Shown here piece by piece: positions 9,476 through 19,541 of a stretch of DNA of 64,000 nucleotides. Within the stretch, counting starts at the first letter, position 1. Every line of letters starts with the position of its first letter. Origin of the DNA: Candidatus Moraniibacteriota bacterium (GTDB taxonomy: Bacteria; Patescibacteriota; Minisyncoccia; Moranbacterales; UBA2206); NCBI GenBank assembly GCA_049303795.1, contig JBAQNM010000006.1:717-64716 (forward strand), given 5' to 3'. The notes under the pieces are model-generated. The model was not told the DNA's origin. It was given only the letters and a program-made list of their open reading frames with translations, and did not search any database. The translations under genes were made by a program, and so were the position numbers.

Positions 9476-10243
9476 ATGAAACTAGACAATATTTTGAATC
9501 TATTTAATATTAGAGAAACAGAGAAAGAAATTTTTAAGATTTGCTTTGAATCTGATGGGATTGGGGCTAGCGAAATTGCCAAAAAAATAGGAATTAACCG
9601 CACTTCGACTTATGATTTTTTGGATAATTTGGTTAAAGCCGGTCTAATCATTGAATCACAAAAACAAGGAGTAAAAAAATTTTACGTCCAAAAACCGGAA
9701 AAAATCGAAGAGCTAATTAAAGAAAAAGAAGGAAAAGTTTCAGTTGCTAAAAAATCGATAGAGGATCTTAAAAATAATTTTTACCAAAATAAAAAAAGAA
9801 TTGCCCCAAAAATGCAGTTCTACGAAGGAAAAGAAGAATTACGACAGATGATGAAAGATTTGCTATTATATCAAAACATAACAATCTATTCATTCTGGCC
9901 AATTGAGAATATTATTCAAGCTCTTGGAAAAGATTTTTACAGAGAATTTCATGTAAAAAGAGTCGCTAGTAACATTAAAATTAAAGTTATTTGGCCACAA
10001 AAACATACTAAGCAAAAAGAGAAGCACTCTTTTCTTGAAGGATCTGAAAATTTCAAAAGAGAAATCAGAATCTTACCTGAAGATATAGACTTTAATCTCG
10101 GCTACACTATTTATAGTAATAATGTTAGATTTATGTCCTCTCAAAAAGAAGGCTACGGATTTATAATTGAGAGCCAAGAAATGGCAGATACAATGAAAAA
10201 ACAATTTGAGATTATTTGGAAAATATCTAAACCCTTATCTTAA
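9476..10243 (+). CDS. TrmB-like winged-helix transcriptional regulator, paralog 2 of 9
   Basis: N-terminal wHTH (EKEIFKICFESDGIGASEIAKKIGINRTSTYDFLDNLVKAGLI). C-terminal GYTIYSNNVRFMSSQKEGYGFIIESQEMADTMKKQFEIIWKISKP is shared with the other paralogs. Confidence 0.6.
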   Translation: MKLDNILNLFNIRETEKEIFKICFESDGIGASEIAKKIGINRTSTYDFLDNLVKAGLIIESQKQGVKKFYVQKPEKIEELIKEKEGKVSVAKKSIEDLKNNFYQNKKRIAPKMQFYEGKEELRQMMKDLLLYQNITIYSFWPIENIIQALGKDFYREFHVKRVASNIKIKVIWPQKHTKQKEKHSFLEGSENFKREIRILPEDIDFNLGYTIYSNNVRFMSSQKEGYGFIIESQEMADTMKKQFEIIWKISKPLS

Positions 10244-11544
10244 TTTAACTTTCCCAACTCTTCCAAAATAACTTTCTTCTCATTCCAAGGAATTCTTCGC
10301 TTGCCAATCGCCATCACCTCTTCCGCGCCTTTGCCGGTGATGACAAAAATATCTCCCGGCTTTGCAAGTTGCAAAGCCTTTTTGATTGCCTCGCGGCGAT
10401 CCATAATTCGAAATAAATTTTCACCAAGTTTTTTATTTTTTATCCCACCTAAAACTTCGTCAACAATCTGATTCGGATTTTCGTTATATGGATCTTCATT
10501 GGTGATAATTATATAATCCGCGTAGCGTGAAACTATCTCCCCCATTATTGGTCGTTTTCCACGATCCCTCTCCCCACAAGATCCAAAAACTGAAATAATT
10601 TTCGAATCAGCTTTTTTTATTTTAGAAATTAATTCATATAATTTTTCTAGACTATCTGGAGTCAGAGCATAATCAATAATAATTTCAATGCCTCTACTGT
10701 TAGGCACTTTCTCCATTCTCCCCGGTACTCCTTGAATTTTTTCTAGAGCTTTTTTTATAACATCTTCCGAGATTCCATAAGCCATTCCCACACAAGTTGC
10801 CGCCAAAGCATTTTCCACATTAAATAGTCCTGGCAAATTTATTTGATATGAAATTCCAGCTACTTCATATTTAGAATTATCAATTCCCAGTTCAATTTTT
10901 TCTGCTTTCACTATTTTTATTTTCTGTTCTTCTTTAATCAACTCTTGATTTTTAGCTGTATATCCAAAAATCGTCTCCGCTTTTGAATTTAGAAATTCTT
11001 CCGATTTTTCCATATCCAAATTCACCACAACTCTCTTAACGCCATTAAAAAGTTTTAACTTAGCTCGACGATAGCCTTCCATCGTCTTATGATAATCCAA
11101 ATGTTCACGTGTAATATTGGTGATTACTGCTGTATCATATTTAATTCCCCATGTTCGAAATTGATCAAGAGAATGCGATGATGTTTCAAGAACGAAATAT
11201 TCACAACCCAATTTAACTGCCTTAGTAATAAATTTTTGCACTTGAATACTGGAAAGAGTTGTGAATTTTGTTGCATTTACCCATTCTTCTTTATCAAGCT
11301 TAAAATTGATAGTCGAAGCCATTGCTACCTTCGCCCCAGATTCTTCCAAAATTTTTGTGATCATCTGAACAGTGGTAGTTTTTCCATTCGTTCCCGTCAC
11401 GCCAATTATCTTAATCTTACGAGCAGGCCTGCCCGCAATGCTACGCATAGCGTTGCAGGCGGGAAAACCATAAAAAATATTTGCAACAATTGCTTGCATT
11501 AAGTGATAATAATTTTTTAATTTTTGAGGAATATATTTTTTCAT
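10240..11544 (-). CDS. Mur ligase family protein (MurE-like: IIGVTGTNGKTTT)
   Basis: P-loop of the Mur ligase central domain, and a C-terminal Mur ligase domain. Lacks a long N-terminal domain. Overlaps the FemAB gene by 4 nt. Confidence 0.7.
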   Translation of the reverse strand: MKKYIPQKLKNYYHLMQAIVANIFYGFPACNAMRSIAGRPARKIKIIGVTGTNGKTTTVQMITKILEESGAKVAMASTINFKLDKEEWVNATKFTTLSSIQVQKFITKAVKLGCEYFVLETSSHSLDQFRTWGIKYDTAVITNITREHLDYHKTMEGYRRAKLKLFNGVKRVVVNLDMEKSEEFLNSKAETIFGYTAKNQELIKEEQKIKIVKAEKIELGIDNSKYEVAGISYQINLPGLFNVENALAATCVGMAYGISEDVIKKALEKIQGVPGRMEKVPNSRGIEIIIDYALTPDSLEKLYELISKIKKADSKIISVFGSCGERDRGKRPIMGEIVSRYADYIIITNEDPYNENPNQIVDEVLGGIKNKKLGENLFRIMDRREAIKKALQLAKPGDIFVITGKGAEEVMAIGKRRIPWNEKKVILEELGKLN

Positions 11545-12494
11545 TTAATTAAACTTTTTAGTTTTTGAATTATTCTATATAGCCAATATTTTATAGGATC
11601 AATAATAATATCATAACTTCCTGGAAATTCAACTGGTTTAGTTTTAGGTGAAAAACCCAATTTGAATCTAGTAACACCCTCCCACGATCTTCCTTTCTTT
11701 TCATTGATTTTTACTCCGCAAAAGTCATACTTAGTACAATTAGCCTTGCGCGCATCTTGAATTTGTTTCCATTGCAAAAGATAGGGTGCCATTAAATTTT
11801 TGTATTTATCATCAGAAGCTCCATGTAAATAATAGGCAGTGTCTTCGTAAAAAACAACGATATTGGCCGCAATAATTTTCTCGTCATATTCTGCTACATA
11901 TAATTTTATGATATCATTCGGAATAATTTCAAACATCTTTCGATAATATTTTTCCTTGTGTGTAGTAATCCCCTGTCTTTCAGCCATTATTTTTGTCAGT
12001 TTCAAAAATTCTTCAATGTTTTTTTTATCAGAAATTGCAATCTTAACTCCTTTTTTTTCTGCCAATTTAATATTATACCTCGTCTTACTTTTCATCCCCG
12101 CCAAAATTTCTTCTTCGCTTTTTGAAATATCCATTATCAAAGTTTCCTTCGGTTGCATATCATGCGGAGCCTTAATAATTTTATTTTTTATAGTCTTTTT
12201 AATCAACTTTAAAATATCATTATTTTCCGGATCAATTCGAATCCATCCCGCTTCGTTTTTTATCGCTAAATCTAGTAACTTTTTGAACTGTTCTTTGTTT
12301 ATTGATTCTTGCTCGCTAATTATTGGTCCATGTGGGATATATAAATACTTTCCAACTATTGGCAAGCTATGTTCGACTATGCTGGCTGAAAAATCACCAT
12401 CGCAAACACTAAAGATTTTCCGCTCTACTGCTTCTTGAAATTTCTGCCATTCGTTTGATTGAAGAAAATCTCTATTTTCAAATTTATTATGCAT
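11541..12494 (-). CDS. FemAB-family aminoacyltransferase (peptidoglycan interpeptide bridge formation)
   Basis: SNEWQKFQ, TRYNIKLAEKKGV, MAPYLLQWKQIQDARKANCTKYDFCG and FKLGF motifs match the FemAB family. Confidence 0.75.
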   Translation of the reverse strand: MHNKFENRDFLQSNEWQKFQEAVERKIFSVCDGDFSASIVEHSLPIVGKYLYIPHGPIISEQESINKEQFKKLLDLAIKNEAGWIRIDPENNDILKLIKKTIKNKIIKAPHDMQPKETLIMDISKSEEEILAGMKSKTRYNIKLAEKKGVKIAISDKKNIEEFLKLTKIMAERQGITTHKEKYYRKMFEIIPNDIIKLYVAEYDEKIIAANIVVFYEDTAYYLHGASDDKYKNLMAPYLLQWKQIQDARKANCTKYDFCGVKINEKKGRSWEGVTRFKLGFSPKTKPVEFPGSYDIIIDPIKYWLYRIIQKLKSLIK

Positions 12495-12496
12495 AA

Positions 12497-13738
12497 CTAG
12501 CTTATTTTAATATTAATATGTTTAGGAGAAATCTTTAAAAGAACAATCGCCACAATCGCTCCAAATATTCCCAATAGTCCGAAGGTATTATGATAACCGA
12601 AAGCATCAGCCATAATTCCAGCTAACATAGGACCGAAAATATATCCTAGGTTTGTAAAAAAATCTTCTGCCGCTTCAATTTCGCTTTCAAATTGAGGATT
12701 TTCTGAAATATAATCAGCATAAGCACTATTTATAGCCGGCAAAGATACTCCCAAAAAACAAGCCGCAATAAATGTCATCACAATAGCTGGCACTGTATTA
12801 TTCCCAATATAAATAAAAAATGTCATCATTAGAGACCCGATAAGAAAAGCAACGTAAGCTGTTTTCTTTTTGCCTAATTTATTAGTTATTCCACCTACAT
12901 ACCAGCCAAGTAAAACAGCTGGAATAAAGTATGCCATAACAAATAACCCATTAAACTGTCCCAGATTTAATTCTTCCGCATAAATAGGTCCTATTGTCCA
13001 AAAAAAAGCTTCAAATATATATACCATCATTGTCATGATTAGAGCGGGGAAAATTATTTTTGAAATTTTAACCATAATCATAATTTTCTTCGAAGAATCA
13101 ATAATCAAGCAGCTCTCTTCTTTATATAATGAGTTTTGATTTCTTGTTTTGATAAAAAGGACAATAAATGAAAAAACCGCTACTGCTAAAAAAACCCAGG
13201 AAAAAGTTATTGATCCAAAAGTAACTACCGCCATAGCAATTGTGAGCCCCGCAACCAAAGGCCCAATGATTGATCCAAGAGATCTAAACGCTTGAGTAAC
13301 TCCAAAACTTGAGGAATGATCCTCTTTTTTAGTATATCTACCGACAAAATCAAAAACTCCATAATTATACAGGTCATAATAAACTCCCCACAATGCCATA
13401 GCAATAATAAACATCCAAACCGTTTTAGCCTCCCATAAAATCAAAGGGTAAAAAAAACAAATAATAAACATCACAAAAAAAATTCTTCGGAAAGTGCTGT
13501 TTTTAACAAATCTGCAGAAAATAAAATCAAAAAATGCTCCAAAAATTGAAGAACTTCCAATTATTATACCCATTGCAGTATTGGAGAAACCTCTTTCAAT
13601 AAGAAGTAGCGGTGTGATATATGAAACAATACTATCAAAAACGGTAAAGAAGAAAATGATAAAACCCAAAAGATACAAGGACTGATGACTTGAACCGTAT
13701 TTTTTTATATGACTAAATAAATGATTTAGGTTGGGCAT
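12497..13738 (-). CDS. MFS-type transporter (12 predicted TM helices)
   Basis: 413 aa of repeated hydrophobic helices. The GR[FY]xD-like loop (FVGRYTKKED) between TM helices is MFS-like. Confidence 0.6.
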   Translation of the reverse strand: MPNLNHLFSHIKKYGSSHQSLYLLGFIIFFFTVFDSIVSYITPLLLIERGFSNTAMGIIIGSSSIFGAFFDFIFCRFVKNSTFRRIFFVMFIICFFYPLILWEAKTVWMFIIAMALWGVYYDLYNYGVFDFVGRYTKKEDHSSSFGVTQAFRSLGSIIGPLVAGLTIAMAVVTFGSITFSWVFLAVAVFSFIVLFIKTRNQNSLYKEESCLIIDSSKKIMIMVKISKIIFPALIMTMMVYIFEAFFWTIGPIYAEELNLGQFNGLFVMAYFIPAVLLGWYVGGITNKLGKKKTAYVAFLIGSLMMTFFIYIGNNTVPAIVMTFIAACFLGVSLPAINSAYADYISENPQFESEIEAAEDFFTNLGYIFGPMLAGIMADAFGYHNTFGLLGIFGAIVAIVLLKISPKHINIKIS

Positions 13739-13782
13739 TTTATTTTTTGAAAAAACTTTAAAAATTACACTTAGACCTATTA

Positions 13783-14355
13783 CTATTTCCTCCCTAAATT
13801 TCGAAGTGCCATCTTCACTCTTTGTCCCACATCTTTCACATCCAATGGAACAACTTTCAAGGCGTCACGCGCTTCGGTGACGCTGTAGCCCATCGTGATA
13901 AGCGCCTCAATAGCATCTGAATCGATTGTGGCTTCTTCTTTTTCGCCAGTCGTCATATCAGCTACTTTGTTTCGCAATTCCAAAATAACCCGTTCGGCGG
14001 TTTTTTTGCCGATGCCGGAAACCTTCGTAAGAATGGATGGGTCTTCATTAAGAATAGCTGTTCGAATAGTTTTCGGTGTGGCAATAGAAAGAATGCCCAT
14101 GCCGGCTTTTGGACCAATACCGGAAATAGAAATCAAAAGCTCAAACATTTCTTGTTCATCTGAAGTTAGAAAGCCATGCAGCGCCAAAGCATCTTCTCTA
14201 ACGTGAGTATAGATAAATAAATTAACATCTTCTTTTCCTGCTATCTTGCCGAAAGTATAAGCAGATAAATTCACTTTATAACCGACTCCGTTCACATCTA
14301 ATATCACGTAATTATTTTTAAGATATTCTATTTTACCTTTAAGATATGCAATCAT
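13783..14355 (-). CDS. ruvA: Holliday junction DNA helicase RuvA
   Basis: MIAYLKGKIEYL...VNGVGYKVNLS OB-fold start and a central HhH pair (ISGIGPKAGMGIL...VSGIGKKTAERVILEL). Confidence 0.9.
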   Translation of the reverse strand: MIAYLKGKIEYLKNNYVILDVNGVGYKVNLSAYTFGKIAGKEDVNLFIYTHVREDALALHGFLTSDEQEMFELLISISGIGPKAGMGILSIATPKTIRTAILNEDPSILTKVSGIGKKTAERVILELRNKVADMTTGEKEEATIDSDAIEALITMGYSVTEARDALKVVPLDVKDVGQRVKMALRNLGRK

Positions 14356-14527
14356 AAATTTATACTCTTTTTATCAATTATTCTATAAACATTTTAGCAC
14401 ACAGTAAAGACAGAAGCCAATTAACAATCCTCTTTCTAAAATACATCAAAAGAGCAGTCTTGATAGTATTTTTTACTATTTATTGCTATAATTAATTCAC
14501 AATCAATTATTACAATTTCAAAATTAT

Positions 14528-17251
14528 ATGTCAGAAAAGCCTAAAAAACTTATTCTCATTGATGGCAATGCGATCATTCATCGCTCCTATCATGCACTTC
14601 CACCCTTCACCACCAAAAAGGGCGAGTTAGTAAATGCGGTCTATGGTTTCGCTTCAACTGTTATTTCTATCATTGCAAAATTTCAGCCGGAATATATTAT
14701 TGCCACTTTTGATTTGGCCGGACCGACTTTTCGCCATCTGGATTATGCGGAATATAAAGCAACGAGAGTAAAGGCAGACGAAGCGCTTTACGCCCAAATC
14801 CCCCGCGTCAAAGAAGTTGTGCGAGCTTTTGGTATTCCAATTTGCGAAGCGTCTGGTTTTGAAGCGGACGATGTGATTGGAACGCTAACTAAAAAAGCGG
14901 AAGAGAGCACTGAAAATTTGGAAATCATTATTGTCACTGGTGACATGGACACTTTGCAACTAGTTAGTGATAAAACAAAAGTCTACACAATGCGCCGGGG
15001 TCTGACTGACGCAGTGCTCTATGGCAAGCCGGAAATTTTTGACCGCTATTCTCTTTTGCCAGAGCAGTTGATTGATTATAAAGGTCTGCGTGGCGATCCA
15101 TCAGATAATATTCCAGGAGTGAAAGGAATTGGAGAGAAAACCGCCATTGAGCTTTTAAAAACTTACGGTACATTAGAAGGTGTTTATGAGCACTTGGGTG
15201 AAATTAAAAAAAACCTCCAAGAAAAACTGGAGCATGATCGTATGATGGCAATCAAAAGCAAAGAGCTGGCCACTATTTCCAAAGGAGCGCCGGTCGAACT
15301 GGAATTAGAAAAATCCGTTACGCGCGAATATGACAAACCAACCCTGCTCGCCCTTTTTGATGAATTAAATTTTCATAGTCTCAAAAAAAGATTAGGAGGA
15401 GTAGAAAAAAATGCCGGAGAGACTGCTACTGAAAATAAAACTAAAAAAGAAACTGGTGTGAAAGATTTTAAATTTGAACTCGTTTCAGAAAAAAATGCTG
15501 ATGAATTATTAAAAAACATTTCTGAGCAAAGTGAAATCGCCTTAAAATTAAAAATAGTTGGTGAAACCACTCTTAATGCCAAACTACTTGGCATCTCTGT
15601 GGGCTATAAAGCCGGTCGTGTCGCCTATTTTGACTGTGAAGACAAGGCGATTTTTTCAAAGATAAAAACAATCATAGAAAATCCGGAGATTGAAAAAATT
15701 GGATATGATCTAAAAAATGATTTCAAGGTTCTGTATAAAGCGGGTGTAAGTTTGGCCGGCGAGTATTTTGATATTCTCATCAGTAGCTATCTTCTCAATC
15801 CTGGCCGAAAAGTAAACTTGGGTGAGTTAGTTTCTGAATATCTGCACGAGGAAATGGAAATGGAAAATAAAAAAGGCCAACTCGGATTAGAAATCGAATC
15901 GCCAGAAGAAGTGCTGAGAAAAATTTGCAGCGTTTCTGATTATATTTTCAAACTAAAAAAAATTCACGAAGAAGAAATAAAAAAAATCAGCGAAGAACAA
16001 GTCAAAAACAATAATCAAGCAAAAAATATTTTAACCGAAGTTTTTTCCAAAATCGAAATGCCACTGATTGAAGTTTTGGGACAAATGGAGTTGTGGGGTA
16101 TTAAATTAAACACGCTAATTTTCAAAGGCATCTCCGAAACAATCACAGAACGTCTAGCGAAACTCGAACAGTCCATCTATAAATTAAGCGGGGAAACTTT
16201 CAATATTGCTTCGCCTAAACAACTCTCTGAGGTATTATTTGAAAAAATGAAAATTTCGACAGAGGGCTTAAAGAAGGGAAAAACAGGTGTCATTTCTACT
16301 GCCTCGGCAGAGTTGGAAAAATTAAAAGGCGAACATAAAATCGTGGAAAAAATTGAAGAATTCCGCGAAATTTCTAAATTGAAAAATACCTATCTCGATA
16401 CACTTCCTTTGATGGTTGATGAAAATTCTCACTTGCACACCACTTTCAATCAAGCTGTCACGGCCACCGGACGATTATCTTCTTCTGAGCCTAATTTACA
16501 AAATATTCCTATTCGCACCGAACTCGGTCAACTTCTGCGCGTTGCTTTTGTCGCTGAAGATGGTTGGAAATTAATCAGCGCCGATTATTCTCAGATAGAT
16601 TTGCGCGTTGTTGCTCATGTCAGTTCTGATAAAAAAATGATTGAACTTTTTCATGCCGGCGAAGATATTCATCGCGCCACCGCAGCGGAGATAAATAAGA
16701 TTCCCCTTTCCCAAGTTTCCGATAAAATCAGACGAACCGCCAAAGAACTGAATTTTGGCGTGATCTATGGTATGGGTACTTTTGGCTTTGCTTCTCGCAC
16801 CGGAATTTCCAGAGAAGATGCTAAAAAATTCATCGACGCTTATTTTGAAAAATTCCAAGGCGTCGCCACTTATATGCGCGAAATAAAAGAATTTGCTAAA
16901 ACCAATGGTTATGTGGAAACAGAAATTGGACGACGCAGATATCTCCCGGAAATTAACTCCCCTAATTTTCAAGTCCAAAGTGGAGCAGAAAGAATGGCGA
17001 TCAATATGCCGATTCAAGGACTCGCTTCAGATATTATGAAAATTGCGATGCTCAAAGTTCACGAAGAATACAAAAATAATCCGGACGTGAAAATGCTTTT
17101 GCAAATTCATGATGAAATTATTTTGGAAGTGAAAGAAAATGTTGCCAAGGAAATTTCAGAAAAAATAAAAACCATTCTGGAAAACGCCTACACGCTTCGT
17201 GTTCCACTAGTGGCGAATGTGGAAATTGGAGATAATTGGGGGGAGATTTAA
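14528..17251 (+). CDS. polA: DNA polymerase I (5'-3' exonuclease plus polymerase domains)
   Basis: 907 aa. N-terminal 5' nuclease motifs (LILIDGNAIIHRSYHA, GDPSDNIPGVKGIGEKTA). Pol A motifs RRxxKxxNFGxxYG (RRTAKELNFGVIYG) and QIHDEIILE. Confidence 0.95.
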   Translation: MSEKPKKLILIDGNAIIHRSYHALPPFTTKKGELVNAVYGFASTVISIIAKFQPEYIIATFDLAGPTFRHLDYAEYKATRVKADEALYAQIPRVKEVVRAFGIPICEASGFEADDVIGTLTKKAEESTENLEIIIVTGDMDTLQLVSDKTKVYTMRRGLTDAVLYGKPEIFDRYSLLPEQLIDYKGLRGDPSDNIPGVKGIGEKTAIELLKTYGTLEGVYEHLGEIKKNLQEKLEHDRMMAIKSKELATISKGAPVELELEKSVTREYDKPTLLALFDELNFHSLKKRLGGVEKNAGETATENKTKKETGVKDFKFELVSEKNADELLKNISEQSEIALKLKIVGETTLNAKLLGISVGYKAGRVAYFDCEDKAIFSKIKTIIENPEIEKIGYDLKNDFKVLYKAGVSLAGEYFDILISSYLLNPGRKVNLGELVSEYLHEEMEMENKKGQLGLEIESPEEVLRKICSVSDYIFKLKKIHEEEIKKISEEQVKNNNQAKNILTEVFSKIEMPLIEVLGQMELWGIKLNTLIFKGISETITERLAKLEQSIYKLSGETFNIASPKQLSEVLFEKMKISTEGLKKGKTGVISTASAELEKLKGEHKIVEKIEEFREISKLKNTYLDTLPLMVDENSHLHTTFNQAVTATGRLSSSEPNLQNIPIRTELGQLLRVAFVAEDGWKLISADYSQIDLRVVAHVSSDKKMIELFHAGEDIHRATAAEINKIPLSQVSDKIRRTAKELNFGVIYGMGTFGFASRTGISREDAKKFIDAYFEKFQGVATYMREIKEFAKTNGYVETEIGRRRYLPEINSPNFQVQSGAERMAINMPIQGLASDIMKIAMLKVHEEYKNNPDVKMLLQIHDEIILEVKENVAKEISEKIKTILENAYTLRVPLVANVEIGDNWGEI

Positions 17252-17342
17252 AAAATATTATTGACTTTTTTGAAAATAAAAACGCTCGCCGGACCTTGCC
17301 ATTGAGCGTTTAAGCTTGTATTAATCTTTTTTAAACCAGTTT

Positions 17343-17903
17343 TTACTTCAAAACAAATATCAGTTCAACTCCGGATACTTTCAAGACTCTGACATTTTTC
17401 CGTTCGTGCGCAGGCATTTCTACCGGCTGTCCATCTGCACATTGGGACACTTCTTTCTCAACGAATTGTCCTCCGCAGGTCTCACAGATATCCCCGGATT
17501 TTTTCCATTGATTGATCTCTGAGTGGGGGCAGGGTGCTACGCTGATTTCTGCCTTAATAGTGGGGCTTACTTTTTTAATAAAAACCCCCTTGCTGTTGGG
17601 CACCATCGGATTGCCACTGCTCTCATCAAGAAGTTGTGCGGAACCGGAAATTTCGATGCTATGGAAATCCAGGTAGTGCTTTATTGACCATGCGAGATCC
17701 TTATCTTGCCTGACAATACTTTTCTCCGCTTTTTCTTCAAGAGCGTTCAGGCTATTTTCAAACTCCTCAATTTTTGCTTCGAATGCCTCGAATTCATCAT
17801 TCGCAGTAATTTCACCTTCCACCTCAACGCTTTTTTTGAGAACCTTCAATTGATCTTTCATCCCGTTGATTTTTTTCCGCAGAACATCCGCTTCTTCTTT
17901 CAT
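17343..17903 (-). CDS. Hypothetical coiled-coil protein with a C-terminal Cys-rich zinc-ribbon-like segment (CPHS...CETCGG...C)
   Basis: N-terminal heptad-rich acidic/lysine region. C-terminal Cys cluster. The 3' half of the gene is visibly GC-richer than the 5' half. Confidence 0.4.
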   Translation of the reverse strand: MKEEADVLRKKINGMKDQLKVLKKSVEVEGEITANDEFEAFEAKIEEFENSLNALEEKAEKSIVRQDKDLAWSIKHYLDFHSIEISGSAQLLDESSGNPMVPNSKGVFIKKVSPTIKAEISVAPCPHSEINQWKKSGDICETCGGQFVEKEVSQCADGQPVEMPAHERKNVRVLKVSGVELIFVLK

Positions 17904-17931
17904 AACCCTCTCCCTTTTTAAAATTAATAGT

Positions 17932-18510
17932 TTAAATCGAAAATCTCAATCCATGTGCTTCCAAGACATCCCCCAGCTCAGCTAAACCTTTTCGGCCGAA
18001 GTTTTTCATTTTCAACAGTTCACTCTCGGTTTTTTTGGTCAAATCTGCAATTGTAATTATATTGCAATTTCTCAAGATATTTACAACTCTCACTGACAAT
18101 TCATAATTGTCTTCAATCACAACCAGCTGTGAATTATCAAAAGATTCAGATTCCAACTCCCTTGATTTTATCGCAATATTTTCCAATTTTTTCAGCCTAA
18201 GAGGGTTTCTTAATCGCCGGACTGATCCCGCTATATGCACCCTAACAGCTGAAGGCGTTACGCTGTATATCATGGCTATTTCTCTTAAATTATGAGCTTT
18301 ACAATCCAAGCCAAATCTCAATTCTACGACCTCCCTTCGCGAAATCTTATTTGTCCTCTTTTTATTGTTATCGCCAACAAACCCCAGGGAATCAAGAATT
18401 CTTTTAACAATATCCTTATCGCTTTCACTAAGCGCTTTGATATTTTCTCTTGGAATTCCTGTGATTTCTGCCAAAAAAAATGCATATCCTCCTAAAAGCA
18501 TTTTTTTCAT
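17932..18510 (-). CDS. DNA-binding protein with a sigma-70 region-4-like HTH fused to an RNA polymerase alpha-subunit C-terminal-domain-like HhH module
   Basis: RREVVELRFGL...REIAMIYSVTPSAVRVHIAGSVRRLR resembles sigma region 4.2. LSVRVVNILRNCNIITIADLTKKTESELLKMKNFGRKGLAELGDVLEAHGL closely resembles the RpoA alpha-CTD (LTVRSANCLK...ELLKTPNLGKKSL.EIKDVL). Confidence 0.5.
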   Translation of the reverse strand: MKKMLLGGYAFFLAEITGIPRENIKALSESDKDIVKRILDSLGFVGDNNKKRTNKISRREVVELRFGLDCKAHNLREIAMIYSVTPSAVRVHIAGSVRRLRNPLRLKKLENIAIKSRELESESFDNSQLVVIEDNYELSVRVVNILRNCNIITIADLTKKTESELLKMKNFGRKGLAELGDVLEAHGLRFSI

Positions 18511-18619
18511 AATAATCCTCTTTTTATGGTTAAGCTACGGGTTTCTTGCCTATATAAATTGTCAATGAACGGACCCTTAATGTAAGCAAATATCCTTAAG
18601 TTTGTCAATTTTTTAAAGG

Positions 18620-19363
18620 CTATCTATGATTCACATACTGCTTCGACCTTTTCCAGATTATTTCAAACATTGCCGTTAAGGCATTCTTTACTTTAATATT
18701 TTCAATGACAATACACAGACTGTCTTCCGGAATCATAACAACAGTTTTATTTGAAAATAGATAAAGCATAATTTTAAAATCATCAAACATGGCGCTAGTT
18801 CGAATTTGAATTTTGTGATTTTGAATAACAAACTCATCTTTTTCACTGGAAGGAATAATGGTACGGGATTTTATTCCTAGCTTTTTCTTCTCTGTCAATA
18901 AGTCTTTCCAAAAATCATAGCCTAACTTGAAAGCAGAACGAATATCCCCTTCTATTGTTAATAGCTCGTCTTTTTCTGGATTTAAAACGATAATCTCTTT
19001 TAATGTTTCTTTCAGACCCGTGTTTGTATCATAAAATCTTATTTTATTTCCAGCCGATTTTTGCTCAAATGCATTTTCCAATTGAGGCATTAGAGCATCC
19101 AAAAGATAATACTGATCCTTGATTCGTGAGAGCAGTATCTTTGGATTTTTTATATAATACCTCTTTCTTTTTTTGATTATCTCCATGGCAATCAAATCTT
19201 TCTCTGCCATTTGATCAATCACTAAATATAGGGATGTTCTTTTGATTCCTGTATTTTTTGATATTTCCTGAAGAAATTGCGGTCCTTTTTGAAGAAGGGA
19301 AAGATAAATTTTTCCTTGACTGTCAGGCAAGCCAATTTTTTCTAGTTGTTCTTTTGTTATCAT
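18620..19363 (-). CDS. TrmB-like winged-helix transcriptional regulator, paralog 3 of 9
   Basis: N-terminal wHTH (GKIYLSLLQKGPQFLQEISKNTGIKRTSLYLVIDQMAEKDLI). C-terminus ...LTAMFEIIWKRSK. Confidence 0.6.
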   Translation of the reverse strand: MITKEQLEKIGLPDSQGKIYLSLLQKGPQFLQEISKNTGIKRTSLYLVIDQMAEKDLIAMEIIKKRKRYYIKNPKILLSRIKDQYYLLDALMPQLENAFEQKSAGNKIRFYDTNTGLKETLKEIIVLNPEKDELLTIEGDIRSAFKLGYDFWKDLLTEKKKLGIKSRTIIPSSEKDEFVIQNHKIQIRTSAMFDDFKIMLYLFSNKTVVMIPEDSLCIVIENIKVKNALTAMFEIIWKRSKQYVNHR

Positions 19364-19541
19364 AATAATGACGTCAATAATGACGATAAATTTATAATAT
19401 TATTCAATATAACCTTTAAATATAGTATGATATATTATTTAGTTTGTCAAATAAATTGACTAAATATAGAAATAACATACAATCAGACTATCTTTCAATT
19501 GGAAAGATGCACATTAACAATTTATAAAAAGGGAGAATACT

